Below, one piece after another: positions 11,480 through 23,519 of a stretch of 64,000 nucleotides of DNA (within the stretch, counting starts at the first letter, position 1; every line of letters begins with the position of its first letter). Below the pieces are notes generated by a model. That model did not search any database. It saw nothing but the letters and a program-made list of their open reading frames with translations, and was not told where the DNA came from. This stretch comes from Spizellomyces punctatus DAOM BR117. Its lineage: Eukaryota. Location: assembly GCA_000182565.2 (NCBI GenBank), contig KQ257454.1, one strand, 5' to 3'. The position numbers and the translations under genes were made by a program.

Positions 11480-14400
11480 AGGACGAAAGAATCAAACCAG
11501 TCAAATCTGTTTTACATCGTAATGCATTGTCTTCTGTTTTGCTCTCCTGGCTCCCTACGCTCTTGCTGGTTGGGTACAAGACACCTCTGGAAGAAGGGGT
11601 AGGTGACCGTGAAATCGACGCAGAGGGCGAGGAGAGGGCTGCCGTACAGTCGCTGAAGTTCAGTGCACATTGGATTACAGTACTTAACCCCACCGTCAAG
11701 TAGGATCTGCTATAACTGGAAGCCAACGATAGAGCAAAGAGGTAGGATTCCTACATCGCACCATTTTGGACACAGTATGAGGCTGCACAAAACAATCCCA
11801 ATCCCCGCCCGTCCCTGTTGTGCTCGTTGCTGCCACTCTTTGCTGGACAATTCGTACTGAACCCTATTGCAATTTCCATCGGCCTACCTCTTTTCATTCC
11901 TCGCGTCATCGACGTTCTGGAGGCAACAATCGCACTGATCATGTCCTCGCTGTCATTCTGTGCCTCCTTGCAAGTCTCGACGACGCTTCTTTCTGGACCT
12001 CATGCTATTTGGGATGACCAGCAGATCCAAGGCGGTCTTGGTCGGCGCATTGTACCAGAAAGCACTGCGCCTCCTTCCTTCATCCTGTCAATAATTCTCT
12101 CCCGGCAAAATCAACTCCCTGATCAATAGCGATACGCAGGGTCTTGTTTCGGCATTTACGGACATCAATAAAGTTGCAGCGTCCGCTGTTCAGGTCGCTC
12201 TGGCTCTCTACTTTTTCTCCCGCTTCCTCGGACTCGCAACTGCCATATCCGTCAGAGGTAACATCGTCATGTCGGCTTTACAGTTTGGGTCCGTTCCAAA
12301 ATGGCAGTTCACATCAAGGGCTACAATGGCCGGCCTGGATCAGTATTCGAAGCAATACGAGAATTTTTTTACGGCATCAGGCTTATCAAGTGTCAAGCAA
12401 TCGAAGATCATCCCGCAGAAATTATCATGAAATCCTGGCAGCAACAGTCAAAGTATCTTTCGGGCTTCAACTACAGAAAGAAAGTCATATCTGTCTGCAG
12501 AATGTTCTATCAAACGCTTTTTTCTCAACCATCTCGTTCATTGCTTTCGCGGGCTTGGGTGGAGAAAATGAATGCTACGAACGTTTTCACGGCCCTCGCC
12601 CTGGTTCTCCACCGTCGGTGAACATCCTGGACGATCCGATTGCCGCGCTGGATGCGCACCTGGGCAAACAAGTATTCGCCAAGACACTCCGCCAAGACCT
12701 GCGACATAAGACGGCTTTGCTCGTCACACATCAACTGCTGCCCCGTCGACTCACTCGTTGTTATGAAGGAAGGGCGTGTTGTGGAAATTTAAAAATGGAT
12801 CGCATGAAAACATTACCAATACGATGATGTTGAAGAAGATGGGGTTGCAGATGGGGCACGGGAAGAGGCGGAGACACTAGTGGCGAGAGAAAAATAATAT
12901 GAAATGGGAAAAGCAGTTGCCGAAGACCGTCCCGTACAAGCTGTGCAAGACAGCCTCGTCCATTCATATTTCAGAGCAGCCTTCCTTACATTGATTTTAC
13001 TCGTCAACCTCGCCCTTGCAGCAACCGGAATGGTTCTCTCCTCTTCCACGTCGTCGAATCGTTTTTCGTGATCCCCGGAGAAATACCTACACGTTGATTT
13101 GGTATCGATGCAACGGATGCCTTTGTGAACCTCCTCGCGATGGTGGTTTTCTTCTAGTTCACTTATAAAGCCACGATCCTCCTCTCTGCAAGCCGAAGTC
13201 AGGAATAGCTGGGACGCTCGATGCTCCCGATGATAGCTGCGTGCTGGCATGCGCTCAAAGTAGTTTGATATTCTCTGACGGCTGATATCACTTCTTCGCG
13301 GAATACCTTCCTCATCAGTCGAGCCTAAGAACTGTCTCTCATCGAACGTTGTGGAGCTAACTGTGAACTATTTCATTAATGTTAAGGACATTAAGAATTC
13401 CGCCTAGTAACAATTCAGACCTGTTCCAGCTCGCGCTCTGCCTGATTTTACTCCTTTGTTGAACAACCCCAGACGCTGCTCTGAATTGCCCGTTTTCATC
13501 TACACAGTACGGCCTTAGTAACACAGTAGTCATGGCTGTCCTCCTCTTTCGCGCTGCCATTTCGCGACACTGTGGGATGTTATGGCTTGCAACCGGTCGG
13601 CTGGTTTTGAACCGCATGACCTTGAATGTACGAGCAATCGAGATGAGTATGGTGCAAATCCTGTTCAAGTCTCATTGACCTTCTTGGAGGTGGTGATAAG
13701 CATAGAGCTGTTGTGCAAATCGCCGTGTTAGTTGTCGTGGAGATTTGGGTACTTTCTATTCTTCCAGAGCTCATATCGTGGAGCTCAAACGTCTATCAAT
13801 CATCATGCAGTCTCCTATTACCGCACATCTCGCGGAAACACTCGGCGGTATAATACCATTAACGCCTACCGTGCATAAAATAACATCGTTCGCGTTCAAC
13901 AAGAAAGAGATCTCGACAACAGTGCCCACTTATTTCTCTCCAGCGCTCAGTTTTGGTGTGGACTACGATCGGATCTGCTGGCATCTACTGTGACTCTTTT
14001 GCTCATCATAATCGCTGCTGTTGTGGGCCTCCAGCATCTTCCATTGAATCATCCCTCTCCGCATCTATTCCGTTGAGCAGAGCGACCATTTATGCTTCGC
14101 TCTGGCTGAGCAATTCCGAAGCGTCTTTCAAGGTCGTGGAAACATCTCGACTACTACGCTCATGAACTACCGCAAGGATCACCGCATCAATTACCCAGTG
14201 ACCCAACCGACTCGTCTTGGCCTTCAAACGGCGCCATCGACTTTCAAGAGTACAAACACGAGACGCATCTCGACCATATCATATCGTCGTAAAGACATAA
14301 CGTTAATCCGTCAAACCTAGCGAGAAGATTCGAATCGTTGGACGAACGGGGTAGTGGGAAGTCAACGCTCGACATAGCTTTAATTCGTATGGTCGAACTT

Positions 14401-14950
14401 CCGGTAATACAATAACCATCGACGGTCGTGATACCGCGGGATTGGGCCCGTGAACCTTGCCCTCGAAATTGCTGATGATTTCTCAGGAACCTGGTTCGTT
14501 TGCTGGTACTTCAGATCTAATCTCGAACGCCATCAGTTCCAAGGACATCCGAACGCGGGCCATATACCGACGGTCAGATTTGGACAGCTATCAAGCCTCA
14601 ACACCTACATCCCCACCCTGTCCTCCAAGCTTGATTCACTCGTCACCGCCAACAGGTTAAGCGTCTCCCTCACGCACCTCCAGCTCCCATGTCTCTCTAA
14701 AGGTATCACATCCCGTCCTAAAATCCTGATCATGGATGAAGCCACCGCATCCGTCGACGTTGGATTTGTTGGACCATTCAAATGGTTGAAAAGCAGTGGC
14801 TCAGCTTTTGGTTGTAAGAGACTGATGCGGCAGGTGCCGCGAGCATAAAGGATATTGCTGAAAAGCATTTCAAGGTGGGATACCAAATGACGATGGAGGA
14901 CATTTGCATGATTGGCCCCTCATTTTTATAGCAGTACAAGGGCAAGAAGT
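11480..14950 (+). pseudogene. ABCC/MRP (YOR1/YCF1-like) ABC transporter pseudogene, heavily frameshifted with deletions
   Basis: Family motifs in the correct order across shifting frames: NALSSVLLSWLPTLLLVGYKTPLE; IREFFYGIRLIK; VFTALAL; ILDDPIAALDAHLGKQVF..KTALLVTHQL; ELKRLSIIMQSPITAHLAETLGGI; WPSNGAIDF; IVGRTG/SGKST; ISQEP..FAGT/RSNL; KILIMDEATASVD. Confidence 0.9.
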
Positions 14951-15442
14951 TTACTAAAGCACTCAAAAACTTATTCAGAACTTGGACATGCATTCCAAAC
15001 CCAAATGGATATGAATTAGGGCCCAAAAATCTCACAAGGGAGTAAGAGTTGACTCCAGCCAGAGTGAATGTTTGGGCAAAATAACCCTTTCCCAAGCATA
15101 CGTTGTTCGCAATGGGACAATTGACTTTATTCGTAAATCACGACACATGGCATCCCTTTGCTTCTACTTTGCGATGCTTCAACGTCCGTACCTTTTTGGT
15201 TGCTGTATCTCCCGCTGAAAACCTCTTCACCAAAATCCTTATGCTCTTCTTCTTCCATTCACCTGCTATGAAACTGATCTTCAACTGTGAGTCTGTCGAC
15301 TCATTGTGCGTAAATAAAAGAGCCGATGTGGCTGTGAAGTTCATGGGGGATGACAAATCCATCAAGATCAGCAATGGTTGGACATCGATTGTCAAAGCTC
15401 ACCATCTACCTTCTTGTCGCCTCCTACCATTGCCCGTTCAAC

Positions 15443-16759
15443 ATGCCCTCAATACCACATACAACCCGCATACTGAAGGCAGCTGACCCTTCCGTTCGCC
15501 TGTCACTGAACATCTACCGTTCCCCTCGCCCCGCACCCCATCCCAAAATTGCTGTAGTCTGTGCACACGCCAATTCAATTTGCAAAGAAGGCTGGGAGCC
15601 TGTGATCTCCCGTCTTTTCTCTTCTCGTATTGGAGAAAACATTAGCGTGGTATATGCATGGGATGCACGTAACCACGGGGATTCAGCAGTATTAAATAGA
15701 GACATTGCATCACTATCCAAATTACACCACTTCGATTGGTGGACGGGGGCAAAGGACGCACTACGTATCCTAGAGTTCATCAGATCCGATTTGAAGGATG
15801 ATACGATACTCGTTGGGCTGGGACATTCGTTTGGAGGCACTGTGCTGTCCATGACGGAGCTTATGCGACCTGGCACATTCAAAGCACTTGTCTTGGCTGA
15901 GCCTATGATTTTCACGCCCGAGTTTTTTATAAGAGGATATGGGTCAAGCGATCCGTATGCACCTACTCTGGAGAATGATATCTTTACCAGAGGGGCAATG
16001 AGGAGAAAGGCGGTCTTTTCGAGTCGAGAAGCGGCCGCCAAGAATTTGGCCTCAAAGTCCTTCTTTCAGAGTTGGACCGAAGAGGCTTTGGATACGTATC
16101 TGGTATTTAGTCGTTTTTGTATCTTCATAACATACAACAGCAAGCTAATAGTAGAGCAGACGTACGGCTTCTACCAAACAGATGCTGGATATGAGCTCAA
16201 ATGCACACCTACAATGGAAGCGGTCAGTTCGCCGATGTCCTATCGAAGCCTTCATAAAGCTAATTCCCTCCTAGTCCGTTTTCATGGGCTGCGGTTCGAC
16301 TTTAAGTGCATATTCTCGTCTCCATGAACTCACTCCTCCATCTCTTTTCTTGACTGGGGCTAAGTCTGAATTTGCTCAAGGCATTTATATTGCGAAGGAA
16401 GGTGATAACCTGTACGTAAACGTTTTTCGCGTTCCGTCATGGATTTTAGGTTGACTGCTGATTAACAGGATAAAGGATCAACATTTGGCATCACTCTGCC
16501 GAGATGCAGAGCATGACTATGTGCCGGATGCCGGGCATGTAAGTGTACCGGTTCTTTTGGATATTTTTTCATCTGGAATTCATCATCTTTGGCTTTTAGA
16601 TGCTAACTCTGGAGAATCCGGATGGATATGGTGAGTCTTGAAATCCGACCCTTTGACATTCTTCGTGCGATCTGACATTTTGCCTTAGTCGAAAAGTGCG
16701 TCCAGTTCATCCGCGCGAAAATCTTGACCAAAGATGTGGGAATTCAGAGCAGGTTGTAG
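15443..16759 (+). CDS. Alpha/beta-hydrolase (LPX1-like putative peroxisomal lipase) with PTS1 -SRL, multi-exon
   Basis: HANSICKEGWEP, WDARNHGDS, GHSFGG nucleophile elbow, LVLAEP, DAGH|MLTLE. The last exon ends ..KDVGIQSRL* (TAG 16757-16759). Confidence 0.85.
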
Positions 16760-16924
16760 ATTGTCAGGAATGTAGATTCCTAGATGGATATGGATTACTC
16801 GAACGCTTAGAACAAATGTATCACATTTACTCAAATTATAAATGTCGCAAACGTTGGCGAAGAAATGTATTTGGTAGTCTCTTCATCTTCCTTTTCGTCT
16901 CCCAACATACAAGTATTTCAACAT

Positions 16925-17506
16925 TTATAAATTGGCACGGACGCGCTTGCCCGAAACCTTTTTTCCGGTCACTCTCTCCAAATACTTCATGGCTTTCTCA
17001 GGCCCACCTGCCTTGGAAAACACATCCTCCAATTGTTGTGCGAGTAGCAAATCGCCAACGATACGCACGCGTTGCGAAGTGTATGCTTTCAGAGCAGGCA
17101 GTCCCCCGGTGATAAAGTTGAGAATATCTGCGTCCTCAATCTCAACTAAAATTACTGGGAGGGGGGTTTTGGAGGGCGCTGGAAGGGTGGGGCGGGTTTG
17201 CGAGATCACCGGCTTGGTGTTTATGCCTTTGAAGAGGAGAAACCTGTCGAACAGAATGTTTTGATATGAATATTCAGCCTACGGTTATTCTGCTACTCAA
17301 CAAAAAGAACGGAGGGAAACAGACCATTCATCCTTCTTCACTCCCTTTTGTAAAACCGTGACAATAAACAATCCCTTCAAATTCTTTGCCAATGTCGGAT
17401 CAGCTTCCAGCTCGCGTTGGAGCTCCGGAAAAAGGATGGACGCATTGGTGGGTTTGGCGGACTTTGGGGGAAGATATTCTGCGAGTTTGTCTTTCAGGTC
17501 GCTCAT
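16925..17506 (-). CDS. SCP2 sterol/lipid-binding domain protein with PTS1-like -ANL, 2 exons
   Basis: MSDLKDKL..GLFIVTV..EW|FLLFK..VEIEDADILNFITGGLPALKAYTSQRVRIVGDLLLAQQLE..RVRANL*, matching the SCP2 pattern. Confidence 0.8.
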
Positions 17507-18046
17507 TTCCGTCGTTGTTCTAGTGTTTTGATGGGGACGATGAAGGTCAAGAGGCTGACCAGGTGAGTCCTCAAGGAAGGGCTTGTGTAATCCTCCCTTG
17601 GATGACTGTGCCAAGCTTGATGTAGAGCTGATCTACTTCTATTTGGCGAATCTGGAATAGAGCGCATGTTTTCGACGGCGGCGGTGGGGATGGCGATGGC
17701 GGTTCAAAAGCCGCTATACGGTGTTGAACGTTGTCGCTCATCATCTTGTCTTGATTGGTAAATGTGTTTAAAGACCAGCCAGAGCAATATGCAATTTACA
17801 AGAATTAAGTTTTGAAGTTGTTTAATCACATAATCAAATGCATTCCAATGCTTTTGGAATGAAATGTGTCCGCAGTTGATTGGATGATTTTGGACTGGTC
17901 TCCCTTGCCGTGTTGAGGAACCGCCTAGAAATTTGCAGATCCCCGGTTTCCATTGCCTTGTTTCTACTGGAGTCTCCTAGTGCCTCACCGTCCACCGTAA
18001 ATAATTGCTAGAGAGTGTGTTCCCCTTCGCTCCTGAAAAGGCCGCC

Positions 18047-19708
18047 ATGCGGAACCCAACCCTTTATCTCGTCTCCCTCATATTCACACTCCTCGTTTGG
18101 TTCACCAATGCGGAACACTCGAAAACCGCTCAGGGGCATTTGGACGACGCAAAGGCCCACATGTCGGCGGGCCGATACAATGAGGCGTTGGACAGCTTTG
18201 ATGCAGCCATAACTCAAGACCCTGACAATTATCTGACGTATTTTCGACGGGCAGCAGTGTTTTTGACCTTGGGAAGAGCGGGAACGGCTCTGCGCGACTT
18301 CACAAAAGTATTGCAAATGAAGCCGGACCATCATCCTGCCCTCCTGCAAAGAAGCAAACTGCACATTAGGCAGGGTGCTTTGGAGGATGCTCTAATAGAT
18401 TTGGACAAGTACCATACTATCAGCCCGGAAGATGCTGAAGTCGCCCAACTTCAGGCTGACATCCACCACGCACAGTCCAACATTAAGGACGCAGAAGCGG
18501 CGATTAAAGCGGCACAATGGGACACAGCCATTTCGCACCTTACCGAAGCCCTCATGATAGTTTCACATACTACCGACCTCCGGCTAAAGCGTGCCGAGTG
18601 TTTTCTGAAGACGGGAGACAAGGAGATGGCTATTGCGGATTTGACGCGTGTGACGAAATTAGATCCTGATAATACGGATACATATGTCCGATTATCTTCT
18701 CTGCACCTTTCGTTGGGTGAAATCGAGGCTGCTCTGACCAATGTCAAGGACTGCTTACGACTCGACCCTGACCATAAGTCCTGCAAAAGAACGTTTAGAG
18801 AGATCAAGAAGTTGGATAAAGCCCTTAAGAGCGCCCAAGATGCTGTAGCAAATGGCGCTTGGAAGAGTGTGGTTACAAAACTGACAAGTGGGGATGCAAA
18901 ATCTTCAGTCGTTGGTCAAGTCGAGAAACTGGGGGCGAGCGCCAAGAAGCGTGTATACAATATGATGTGTAAATCCTATGCGGAAATGAAGGACGGCAAG
19001 AATTCATTGACCTGGTGTTCAAAGGTTTTGGATGTCGACGGCGATGATGTCGATGCTTTGATATACAGAGCGGAGGCAAAGATTTTGTTGGAAGACTATG
19101 AAGATGGTGGGTTGAATATCTTTCTGTACCTCCAATGTTCGTATGATTTTCCGTCTCCCGCTCACCAATGCTTGTACTCGTCTAGCAATGCGAGACTATC
19201 AAAAAGCCTCCCAAATTTCCCCGCATGATCCTCGTATTCAATCTGGCTTCACTAAAGCCCAAAAGCTCCACAAACAAAGCACATCAAAAGACTATTATAA
19301 AGTCCTCGGTATACCCCGCTCAGCCACGAAAAAAGAAATCAAAAAGGCGTATCGTAAAATGGCGCAGGAGTGGCATCCGGACAAGTATTCTGGTGATCTG
19401 CCAAAGGACAAGGTCGAAAAGCGGATGAGTGAGATCAATGAGGCATATGAGGTGCTGAGTGATGATGAATTGAGGAAACGGTTCGATATGGGTGATGATC
19501 CAAATGTGAGTTCAATTTGAAGTGTTTCTGGTGATGCGCGTGGTCACAACTGACTAATCGCTTCTTTTGCTCATAGGACCCGGGATCTCACGGCGGAGGC
19601 AATCCCTTCCCCGGGGGGCACCCCTTCTTCCAGCAAGGAGGGTTTCCATTCGGATTCCAACAAGGCGGCCAAGGATCGGGATTCCAATTTAAGTTCCATT
19701 TTACGTAG
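18047..19708 (+). CDS. DNAJC3: ER co-chaperone DNAJC3/P58IPK/Jem1-like (signal peptide, TPR repeats, J domain), 3 exons
   Basis: Signal peptide [22 protein letters not shown]. TPRs with [38 protein letters not shown]. Ends FQFKFHFT*. Confidence 0.92.
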
Positions 19709-19841
19709 AATTTACAAGAATTTAGATGGTTTTGACGCATTTTTGATACATGTTCTGTGGAACTAACGTCTGCTGTAAATATTAATGATCCTCTTGCGTT
19801 TGTCTGTTTGATTGCCGTGGGACACATGACATAGTACAGGA

Positions 19842-20910
19842 TCAACCTTTGAGTTCAAGTGCCATGCGGGCATCCCTCTCCACACTCCTAATAATCTCTC
19901 TGCTCTCAAAGTCGGCTGCACGAATTGGTTCTGGCACGCGATATTTGCAGCACCATGCGACGAGGTTCACGGCCGTTGTCAGCGATATCATGTGTCCGGG
20001 TGATACGAAAATAGGGTTGATGGATTCTTGCGAGGATCTGAGTGCCTACTCCAAACGTCAATAATAAGTGACAATCCACAAAGCCATGCGTGATTACATA
20101 CAGCACCAAAGACGTATCCAGAACTTCCAATGATCCTCAGCCACTTCCCGGCACCATCTAACCTTTTACGTGCAATATCCTTCATGTCGCATAACAAGAG
20201 TCCTTCAGATTCGATTTGGAGAAAGTTTTTCGCAATGCCAATCGACGGGACGCCTAGCTCGGCTGAAGATCAATCATCCATCCACACGATATTTTGACGA
20301 ATGAGAGTTTGGAGAACGAACCGGCCAAAACCCCAACATGACAAGCTAGACCAAATTGTCTTGGATGCAGAGTTCCATTGCCATCCACAAATACCACCTG
20401 CGGATACCATTCTTCATGTTCTTGCTTCAATTCTTCCAAGAGTGACAGCAAAATGGGTGATTCGCGGAAAGCTAGGAAGCCTGGTATATAGGGCTCGGTT
20501 AAGGTCACTGGATGGAGAAGTAGCAGTGAGGTTCATGTGGAGCGGTATATTAACAGTAGGTGACCATACCCTTGCGACACTTTGTGTACACTTTCACCAG
20601 GCCGGGCACCTGAAACACGACCACACATGCTACCGCTTCATTTGTCCCTTCAAAAAACGAGACGTCCAATCCAGCAATATAATTTAGCCCTTGAAATGAA
20701 GAGTCATGTGGGTCTGCACCCCGTCCGACTAGTGGGCAAGTTTCGACATCCGACGAGCACGCAGAAACGGCAGGGACGGAAAATGAGCAGGAATCGGTCG
20801 GGATCCGGCGTTTTTTAAGAGTTTCTTGGAGGCTACAGAACTGTGTTCAAGCCTGTTGACGCTGCAAATAGAAGCCAACAATGTGCTCACCGTTCCCATT
20901 CCTCAGACAT
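19842..20910 (-). CDS. ENDOV: Endonuclease V (deoxyinosine/inosine 3' endonuclease), multi-exon
   Basis: MSEEWER|LQETLKKR..IAGLDVSF..PYIPGFLAFRE..VDGNGTLHPRQFGLACH..SIGIAK..KYRVPEPIRAAD. Catalytic D/E/D residues present. Confidence 0.92.
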
Positions 20911-21042
20911 GCCTTCAGATGAATGTTCAACTGAGCACCGCGAAGGATGAGTAAGGTTGTCACGTGGAACATTTCACCATTTTGGGTTAGATGGGTTATC
21001 TCAACCTTCGAGCGTATTTCGTCTCGTCTTCCCCGCTTGCAA

Positions 21043-23347
21043 ATGTCCCACCCATTCCCCCGAGTCATTATCGAACTGGACGTTGATTATTGTAAGTAAG
21101 GGACATCATGCGGACACGTTGTGTAAATGGGGGTGATAATGGAACTCTGTTTCTTCTTAGTTTATGCCCAGGCGGAGGAAGTTCGTGATCCCAGTTTGAA
21201 GTTGCTGCCCGTAGCGATTCAACAGAAGGTAACTTTCATGGACAGCTTACAAGTTGCGTTGGTATTGATGGTTGATGTTCTAGCATATTGTTGTGACCTG
21301 TAACTATGTTGCGAGGAGTTTTGGGGTAGGGAAGTTGGCCCTTCTCTCAGAAGCTGTAAAAAAATGGTAATATTATATATACTACATTTTGAGAGTTCGT
21401 ATCTGATTCTTATTCATCTTCAGCCCTAATTTGGTTATCATTGACGGGTCAGGTTACGTTGACTTGATTGCATGCTGTCACACCATCAGGCCAGATTCCC
21501 TTACCAACGATTACAGATATCACCCGCTACCGACGAGCTTCGCGACAGATTTTCGAACTCGTGAAAACCATATTAAACGGTCATAATGCTGACGAAACGG
21601 GTGCGAATTGGGTGGTGAAGGTGCAAAGATTGGGTATGGACGAATTATTCTTGGATGTGACCGATCTGATTGAGAGGCATCTGAATGAGCGGAACATAAA
21701 CGATATGGAGGTGGAGTTTGACCTTCCTGGAGGCGTGTCGTTTCGATATACTCCTGGTCTGTGGGCGGGCCATGTGATGGGTGAGAGCGAGCGGGAGCTT
21801 GACGGAGAAAGTGGTGATAGTTTGCCAAAGTGGTATTACCAAATGGCATCCCACCTCGCCTCATGTATCCGGTTGGCAATCTATTCCAAACTGGGATTCA
21901 CAACATCAGCTGGAATATCTAGCAACAAACTTTTCGCCAAACTCGCTGCGAGCGCCCACAAACCCAACGATCAGACCACGTTACTTCCAGGTGTGGCCGC
22001 CGATGCCTTTCTTTGCGGAACAAAGCTCCGTGGTATACCTGGCATCGGACATTCAGCTTGCAAAGTCCTTTTGAAGCATGTATCAGAAGCAGAGATGGAT
22101 GAGAAGAGGATCCTGGAGGAAGATGAGCGGGACCGCGGGATCTTAGATTATGTTATGATGGAGAGTGAAAACCCTGACGAGGCCATGCTTCCGGACGCAC
22201 CGTCGACTTCAGCAACGGTTGGAACAACACGCCAGTATTTATCCCGCGAAACGCTGATAAGCCTTCTGGGTCCCAAAATAGGCCCTAATATTTATGACCT
22301 CCTTCGCGGGATAGATCCCACCCCAGTCGTCCCGTCCGGGTGGCCGACCCAAATATCCATTGAAGACTCTTTTCAGCATTGTACAAATGTTCAAGATGTC
22401 CGAGCAAGGCTGTTAGAGCTTGGTCGAATGTTTGTTGAAAGAGTTCAGGAGGAAGAATGGAGCCAAGAAAGCGGGTGGAGGAGATTCGCGAGGTAAGGGT
22501 TCACATGTGCGTGTGTATGACTTGATATTCATTTTGGTTTTGCGGAAAGAAACGTGAGACTGACCATTCGGAGAAGACAAGAAGGGAATATTCGGGCTTG
22601 GTCGGATGACCGCGAATCACGGTAAATTCGTCCCACCGTTTCCAGACACTTTCCATACTTATCTATCACTTTATGCCCAGATCTTTGCCACTTCCTGTCT
22701 CCATCTTCACGCACACAACACCCTCTGCCACCAGATCCCAAGTCCTAGTCGACAAAACCCTCTTACCGCTTTTCCGGAAGATGGTGGGCGACAAGCCGTT
22801 TGACTTGACTCTGTTGAATATTGCCGCGGTGGACTTTAAAAAGGAGACTGTTGGGAGGGATATTGTCGGCTTATTTGCCGCTCAGGAAGAAGGGAAAACG
22901 TTGGTTGACCAAATTGATCAAGAGGTAATAAACGCCCTTCCAGAGGAGATTCGGCGGGAGATTCTGGGAAGTGGCCACCAGGATACACCAATTTTGAGCT
23001 GTACGCGGAAAACGGACACAGGAACTTCTATTGCAGAGTTTTTTGCTAAGGGAGAGGGCAGCGGGATGGGCGTAGAAGATTTGAATCCATTACCTAAGGA
23101 CGGTCGACGAGATACTGTGGGTCATAGAATAGTGAATGAGCAAAATACCTCTACATGGCCGAAAGGAAAGCGAAAGGTCTCTTCAAAGAAAGTAAATATA
23201 TCCAAGAAGAAACCAAAGACCGATGGGCCACTGACGAAAATGTGGCGTATGGGGAAGGAGGACGAGTTTGTATGTCCCAAATGCTCCGAGTCGGTGGCTG
23301 TATCGGGAGTTGCAGCACATGCCCGGCTGCACGAAAAGGATACATAA
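21043..23347 (+). CDS. POLI: Y-family DNA polymerase, Pol iota-like, with UBM and C-terminal UBZ-like zinc finger, multi-exon
   Basis: RVIIELDVDY|FYAQ..VAIQQK|HIVVTCNYVAR..GVGKL..RLGMDELFLDVT..SAGISSNKLFAKL..KPNDQT..IPGIG..SIEDSF. UBM IDQEVINALPEEIRREIL. CPKC..HARLH. Confidence 0.85.
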
Positions 23348-23519
23348 AAGTGATACATATCGCGCAAATGTATATATTCGAAAAGCAACATGATATTCCT
23401 ACAGAGAAAACCCGTTTTATCGATTCACCAAAATATATACAGAGACCCAACCTCGACATCACAAAGGCTCTCTTTTCCTGTGTTTGGTTTACTTTTTCGT
23501 TTACCTCCTCTAATACCTT

